Assembly: GCA_964016885.1 (NCBI GenBank) | Contig: OZ024740.1 | Location: 117,676,001-117,740,000, forward strand | Origin: Eledone cirrhosa | Lineage: Eukaryota | Length of the DNA: 64,000 bases | Direction of reading: 5' to 3' | In this document: positions 57,783-64,000 of the stretch, one piece after another | How the letters are laid out: each line of letters opens with the position of its first letter | Numbering within the stretch: position 1 is the stretch's first letter | Position numbers and translations under genes: made by a program | Notes under the pieces: generated by a model | Database searches by the model: none | Seen by the model: the letters and a program-made list of their open reading frames with translations, nothing else | What the model was told of the DNA's origin: nothing

Positions 57783-58099
57783 TCAGAGATAATCTATGTC
57801 ATATCCTTCACGTGTATGAGTTATAAAAACGCTGCTCTGGAGCGTTTATGTGGCCCTTACGCTTTCTTAGTGCATGACATTTCATTTGCCAGGCTGCTCT
57901 GAACGATGTATTTAAATGATATCTGCACGCTGCCGGTTTCCTATCATTAGTGGAAACTCTCGGCTTCGCCCGCACGCACACGGACGGAATAACTATTTTA
58001 CCGTTTGAGAGTTGGAAGTCGCTCATTTGAAATACCGCCTCTAGTGACATATTCTCCGGCGCTAATATTTTTGGCTATAAACAACTCTAAGGAGTGGAA

Positions 58100-58250
58100 G
58101 TTGAACAGTTTTTGGACTGCCTCCTTCTCCAGCATGAATGAAGGCATTGTGCCCGAGGAAGAAGTTTTGTGAGGGGGAATGGCTGATACAGCCGGCAGCC
58201 GATATCACTGGCTGTTTATTGTGACAACGCTTTTGCCATTTTGTCCGTGG
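58100..58250 (-). repeat. Unclassified dispersed repeat, homologous to 8500-8640
   Basis: See 8500-8640. Confidence 0.6.
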
Positions 58251-58789
58251 AGCTTAACTAAGATATGCCGTTGAAGCGAGAGTGTAGTTTTCTTTCTTTT
58301 TTTTCTTTAGTTTTGTTTTATTTTGTTTTCTTTGTATATTTGAAAATCGAAAAAGTCATTTTCAGGCAATAAATATAAAGAAAGTAAAACCTACATGACA
58401 TCAAAGGGATAAGTGTTTCTTTTAATAAAATGCCTGTTAAGTGTTTGAATACAGTATTGGTAACTATAAACTTATTTCAATGACTGAATTTAATGCATAA
58501 ACATTCGTTATCGTAACACACCACTTTTAATAGTGTGTAAAGGGAAATAACCTATGTTTTAGCGATTAATTTTTCCCCTTTACATATCAGTTAAAAATTG
58601 AAAGGTAAAAATCTTTCAATTTTTATATATTTGTAAGACTCGCATATTTTACGCATCTCATTCATAAAATGAATTTCACAATGGTGTTAAATTACTTAAG
58701 GTTAGGATGTTTAGATTTTAAAGCATATTCGATGTAATTCGAGTTGACCTATCATTTATTAATTCTACACAAGACCCTTGTAGAATATT

Positions 58790-59070
58790 CTTGCGATGGT
58801 GAAAGGGCGGACGCTTACGTGTTATGGTCATGTATTTCACAACTCATTGTCTAAAACCATCCTTCAGGGCACAGTCGAGGGAGGGCGAAGTAGAGGCAAA
58901 CAAAGAAAATTCTGATCTGACAAAATCAAACACTGGACTGGTCACCACACTGAGATACTTCTACGCATGGTGAAGAATAGAGACCAATGGCGACGGCTGA
59001 TTACGAACGCGTCTAGAGTGGCACCCACAACGATCGGCTGCACAACCAGTTGCGGGAACGTGATTGATCG
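58790..59070 (+). mobile_element. RTE-like LINE 3' fragment
   Basis: YGHV..SLSKTILQGTVEGGRSRGKQRK..DKIKHWTG..RDQWR. Confidence 0.75.
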
Positions 59071-59164
59071 AAATCTTCAATGTAACAAGCAAATACCAGA
59101 CACCTCTAGAATGCCAACATAGTGCAGACATTGCCAAGTAGGATTTCTAAACTTCCAACTACAG

Positions 59165-59504
59165 CAGGGTTTCCTAACCCTTTTTGCCTCATCGCCCACT
59201 TTCCACTGCCTACCTGTATAATAAATACTCCAAAGCATAACACAAATGTTCGGTAATAGTTTGTTATTGGTTAATCATTCCCATTTAGTCACCGGTTTTA
59301 TTTTAAAATACATATTATTTGTATATCTGCTTTGAATATTTTTTTTCAGGTAGCATATGTTGAAATACCTTCTTAATACTCGAAGACGTATATCGTCCCC
59401 CCAAATGTCCAATAGCCTACCATTTCTTGTCCAGTTGCTCACCGTCCACCAAACAGTTGAAATCACTCACCGGTGGGTGACATCGCCCAGGTTGGGAAAC
59501 CCTG
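59165..59504. mobile_element. hAT-like MITE
   Basis: Ends cagggtttcctaacc ... ggttgggaaaccctg; 8 bp target duplication not recognisable. Confidence 0.75.
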
Positions 59505-59559
59505 ATCTGATCTACAAAAAAATAATTCGACTATACAATGTTATCGTTGTTCACAGAAA

Positions 59560-60372
59560 TGTCCTATACTCCTCTATGCCACTTATTTACTTCTTAGAGG
59601 TCATTGTTTTCACGAACAGAATCAGCATGTGCAGCCGAGCTGGAAGAGGTATCACGACTGGTAGGTGTAAAATCAGTCGGCTAGAATATGCAGACGACAT
59701 GGTGTTACTTAACTCGATACAAGGTGATCTCAGACTTGTACTTGGTAGGTTTGATCCTCTCAAGGAAGCCTTCGCAGTGCACTCTATATGTGAATATAGT
59801 TCCACTGAAGCAAGTGAAGAATTTCAAGTATCTCAGGGCCTTGTTCACGATTGATGGAAATCAGGAGGCTGAATTAAGTACAAGAATTGCAGGAGCTGGT
59901 GCAGTAGTGTGCCAGCTCTCAGCATTCGGTAATCTGAATTTAGGTAGGTGAAACGCCAAACTCACTATCTTCAATTCGGCATTAGTGCCAAACTTTACAT
60001 ATGGTCATGAATATTGGGTAGTGACTGAAAGAATACGATCGCAAATACAAGCGGCTGAAATGGGGTTCCTCCGAAGGGTCTTTGGAGTAATATTACTCAA
60101 TAGAGTGCGTAGCTCGGAGATCAGAGAGTCACTCCATGTAGAGTCACTACATCTCCGAATTGAGAGATCTCAGGTCCGATGCTATGGGCATGTGGTTAGA
60201 ATGTCACAGAAAAGAATCGATGGATAGCTTTTACCGGCAAAACCAACCGACAGGAGACCCAAGAGGCGACCCCGAGCAAGATGGTTGGATAACATTCATG
60301 AGCTTTGATGGTTCTGCTTGAAGATCCAGCCGGATCAGTTGGAGACGGTTCTTTCTGATAGGACTCGCTAGA
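59560..60372 (+). mobile_element. RTE-like LINE 3' part with (GAA)n tail
   Basis: YADDMVLL, LKQVKNFKYL, TYGHEYWVVTERIRSQIQAAEMGFLRR, YGHVVRM, RRPKRRPRARWLD. Confidence 0.9.
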
Positions 60373-60461
60373 GAAGAAGAAGAAGAAGAAGAAGAAGAAG
60401 AAGAAGAAGAAGAAGAAGAAGAAGAAGAAGAAGAAGAAGAAGAAGAAGAAGAAGAAGAAGA
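60373..60461 (+). repeat. (GAA)n microsatellite
   Basis: Direct reading. Confidence 0.95.
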
Positions 60462-61571
60462 ATGAGCAGGATGAGAAGGATGAGGATGAGGAAGAGGTCA
60501 GGAAAGTGAACGTTATGTGGCATTTCTACTCAGTTCTACACACCACATAATATGCTATCTAAATTATATTTTAATTTCAGATTTACTAAGTATTTTAGGA
60601 ATATTTTTAAATACTACAGTAAAAATTATTCTTTTGTTAAACTAACATATGAAAGAAAAGGAGACTCAGCTTTTTACTCCCTCTGTGTGTGTATCTGCAG
60701 TTGTGTGTGCGTGCGTGTGTGTGTGTCCCTGTGTGGTAGTGTGTCTTTCTGTGACTGTGTGTATCTGTTGGTGTGTGTGTGTGTAATCTCTCTCTCTCTC
60801 TCGGCGCGCGCGTGTGTGTATTTTCAGACTGGCTTGCTCAACTTACGATTTCTTTTATTCGTTCTCTGTTATTTCTCTCATATATTTTATCTTATAGTCC
60901 GTAGTTTTATCAAATTGTTTTAATTTAAATATGTATAGCATCAGTGGCCAACCAAAGAAAGAGGACTATAGAAAACCTGCAACAAAATAATAGAATAAGC
61001 ATATACACGTCAGTAAACTTTTGTGAGGAAGTACATAATAGATAACATCTATCGTTCCACTACTTCACCTGATATCTGCTTTATCCACCCTGTGATGATG
61101 GAAGGCAAAGGTAACCTTGGTGGAATTTGAACTCATAAAGCGAACAAAGGTAGCTATATACCACTAAGTATTATGATCGATGCTGTATATAAGTAATCAA
61201 ATAGTAACGTTCCCCTTAAATATCAACACTATATTTTAACAGGGAGATAATTCTGTCATAAGCAGTAAAAGTTATTTCCCATGGCACTTTTTTTTTTGCA
61301 TTACGTCACGAATTTTCGGACTCCTAATTGAAATAAAAAGATAATTGTGTGACGTAAGTACGTAAATATTTATTTTCTAATGCTTAATCTGATAAATGGA
61401 CAGAAATCATTTTACCGGAAAATATTTTAATGAATAACTTAATTAGAATCAGAGTGTTTGTTATACTATAATGATGAATGAGTGAGGAGTGTCCGGTTCA
61501 ACGTATAAGTTTGTGTGGAGATAAGATACTTCACTAGCTCAGTGATACAATGAAAGATTATGTGTGTGTGT

Positions 61572-61609
<38 letters not shown>

Positions 61610-62304
61610 ATTTGCAATATTTTTCAAAGTTTATCTGGCTTCTATTTAGGGACAGATTTTCTCTTTCTCAAAAGTATTTTCTCTTTCTCAAAAGAAAACC
61701 CAGATTCTGTGTTTAAATCTGAGATGATCTGGCTGACAGGAAATTTAAAAACTTAATATTTGTTGAGTGACGGACGCTGGTATGGCTGAAGGTTTAATAA
61801 ATTAACCACGCAATCAAAAGCTCCTGAGTGTGATCCCATTGATTTACTCTTTGAATTTTTATGTGTACCACAGCCGAGAGTCGATCCAACTCTTTTAAAT
61901 GAAATAAGGTTGGCGGTAGCTGTGTGGTAGACAGTCGGTTGGATTGTAATTGTAAATCAAAGGTCCAGTCATGTCATATATTGAACCATGTTGATACACG
62001 TGCCAGCGGAATACTCAACCATTTACATGTTGATTCACGAGTTGGATGTTCAGTTGATCGAACAACTGAATGCTCATCGGCGAAACCGATAGTAGAGCAC
62101 AAGCATTCATTGCGAGCTCTATATTGTTCAGTCATAATGAAGATGCAATATTTTTGTTATATTGCTTTGAGATTTTTGTTTCGTTTTTAGCATAAATTGT
62201 TATGTTAATTTTGGAACTTAGTTGCATCATTGTATAATCTGTGTCGTAAAATGTGACGGCGAGACGGTATGAGTTTAAAGAAGTGATAGCGTGGGGAAAA
62301 TAAT

Positions 62305-62502
62305 GATTTCTATTATAGGCACAAGCCCGCAAATTTGGGAGAGGGAAAAGTCGATTAAATCGATACCAGTGTATTACTGGTGCTTTATTTCATCGACCTC
62401 GTAAGGATGAAAGGCAAAGCTAACATCCGGGTGATTTGAACTCAGAACTTAAAGGGCCATAACTCAATGTTGCAAAGCATGGTGTCTGATACTGCAATCA
62501 AC
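62305..62502 (-). mobile_element. Main-family SINE
   Basis: Reverse complement of head, core and tail. Confidence 0.85.
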
Positions 62503-62891
62503 TGTGATGGCATGGGAGAAATTATAGACGAGAGGAGACACTTGCGCACTCAGGTACCTTTTTTGGCAGGTAACATGCTTTCAATGGGAGTTAACTGAAC
62601 TGAAAGCGAGATGTTCTTAGTTCTACCACTTTCACATTAACACACCTTCGCATTGGGTAAACAATTATATATATATTACTATTCTCCTCTTGGTTGAGAA
62701 CAAATTTGGTCGTTCTGACTGCTGCTATTTATAGCGGGATTCGACTGACCTCCCTGCCTCTGCCTCCATATTTACACACGGCACTTGAAAGAATTGCTTC
62801 CACTTCTTTTACTCTCATCTCGGGAACAATTTTGAATAGCGCCAGTTCGTAATTTGAACTCGGGAATTTTATATTCTCCGAGTGAAAAGAT

Positions 62892-62972
62892 CCTTCTGAC
62901 GAGAGTTTTTCTCTGCAACGGATGCCGTATGGACTCCGTTTATTTTTGAGACTCGAAACCGATTCGGTAAGT
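62892..62972 (+). ncRNA. Hammerhead copy 1, stem I disrupted by deletion
   Basis: cctt-CTGACGA-GAGTTT...AGACTC-GAAA-CCGATTCGG-TA-agt. Confidence 0.7.
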
Positions 62973-63359
62973 AAAGTTAATTTTTTAAAATTTATTTTGA
63001 AACTTTTTATTATTTGCTAAACCTTGATTATATATGTTCTGGTTCGTTAATTTATTAACCTGCCATTGAACCACATTGGCATATGGTTGGACAATACATG
63101 TGTCCCTTAGCGCCTTGTGCGTGTAGGAACATATACTCTATTATTACTTAGCTCCTCTTGGTTGAGAAAATATTTGGTCATTCTGACTGCTGCTAGTTAT
63201 AGCGGGAATCGACTGACCTCCCTGCCTCTGCCTCTATCTTTACACACGGCACTTGAAAGAATTGCTTCCACTTCATTTACTCTCATCTCGGGAACAAATT
63301 TGAATAGCGCCAGTTCGTAATTTGAACTCGGGAATTTTATATTCTCCGAGTGAAAAGAT

Positions 63360-63441
63360 CCTTCTGACGAGAGTTTTTCTCTGCAACGGATGCCGTATGG
63401 ACTCCGTTTATTTTTGAGACTCGAAACCGATTCGGTAAAGG
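63360..63441 (+). ncRNA. Complete canonical type I hammerhead ribozyme, copy 2
   Basis: cctt-CTGACGA-GAGTTT...AGACTC-GAAA-CCG att CGG-TA-aagg. Confidence 0.9.
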
Positions 63442-63735
63442 TAACCATAGTAAGTAAAGTTAATTTTTTAAAATTTATTTTGAAACTTTTTATTATTTGC
63501 TAAACCTTGATTATATATATATATATATAATGGCCTATTTTTTCACGGAGAAAGTCATAGGATATGTGACATTTTCTGAGTTGGACGCAACAAAAAGTTG
63601 TTCTTAGTTCCTGATAGAAAAACAACGAGTATTGCGTAATCTCGAGTACAGCAATGAATACTGAGAAAAAGTTACTGACTAAAAGATAAATCTTCATTTA
63701 GTGTAATTATGTATATTAGGACAGTACTTTCAAAA

Positions 63736-63774
<39 letters not shown>

Positions 63775-63833
63775 GAAATTGAAAATGTTAGAGTAAAATT
63801 ATATATTTGGTTCTATATGTGTTTATTTTAATT

Positions 63834-63933
63834 TGAGCCGCTGAAGAGGATTCATTTTAATAACTAGCTAAGCCTTTTCTCCCGCGAGAATCTGAAAAGT
63901 AGAAAAACAGCACTCACCTGCATACTTCCCTCA
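63834..63933 (+). ncRNA. Type I hammerhead-like fold with long stem II/III loops, stem I bulged
   Basis: tgagccg-CTGAAGA-GGATTC...GAATCT-GAAA-AGTA...TACT-TC-cctca. Confidence 0.6.
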
Positions 63934-64000
63934 TGAAAATATTAGTTAAGTTAATTTAGGGTTAACATATTTAAGGCTAGTGAGTCTAAAAAATGGTATC

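Larger units (their letters stand above)
62674..63518 (+). mobile_element. Partial tandem repeat, 468 bp period, hammerhead-bearing, retrozyme/PLE-like
   Basis: About 62674-63036 repeated at about 63142-63518; copy 1 lacks 14 bp after the cleavage site; TA flanks. Confidence 0.88.

Noticed and set aside
62690-62973. Duplicated host exon ending at GGTAAGT
   Set aside because: No open frame or acceptor support; the donor arises from a deletion inside the ribozyme repeat

Overview
AT-rich, microsatellite-dense animal intergenic or intronic DNA. The SINE types and simple-repeat load suggest a cephalopod (octopus-like) genome; this is an inference. I could not support any host protein-coding exon, and most listed ORFs are translations of (TA)n/(CA)n/(GA)n. 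The window is a mosaic of mobile elements: a Penelope-like element (RT + GIY-YIG), R4/Dong-, CRE- and HERO-like restriction-endonuclease LINEs, RTE-like LINEs and bipartite derivatives, a deleted mariner, one Rep-helicase Helitron with two non-autonomous relatives, MITEs and many tRNA-derived SINEs. The main signal is non-coding. About 14 type I hammerhead-ribozyme folds were found by eye, from roughly nine unrelated short repeat families, mostly next to (TA)n tracts. They include a U3:A8 core-variant family, forms with very long stems II/III, and two partial-tandem retrozyme-like units (468 bp and 615 bp period). A twin-priming 5' inversion in a non-L1 LINE and several fold-back junctions are also visible. 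All folds and alignments were done manually and need computational confirmation.
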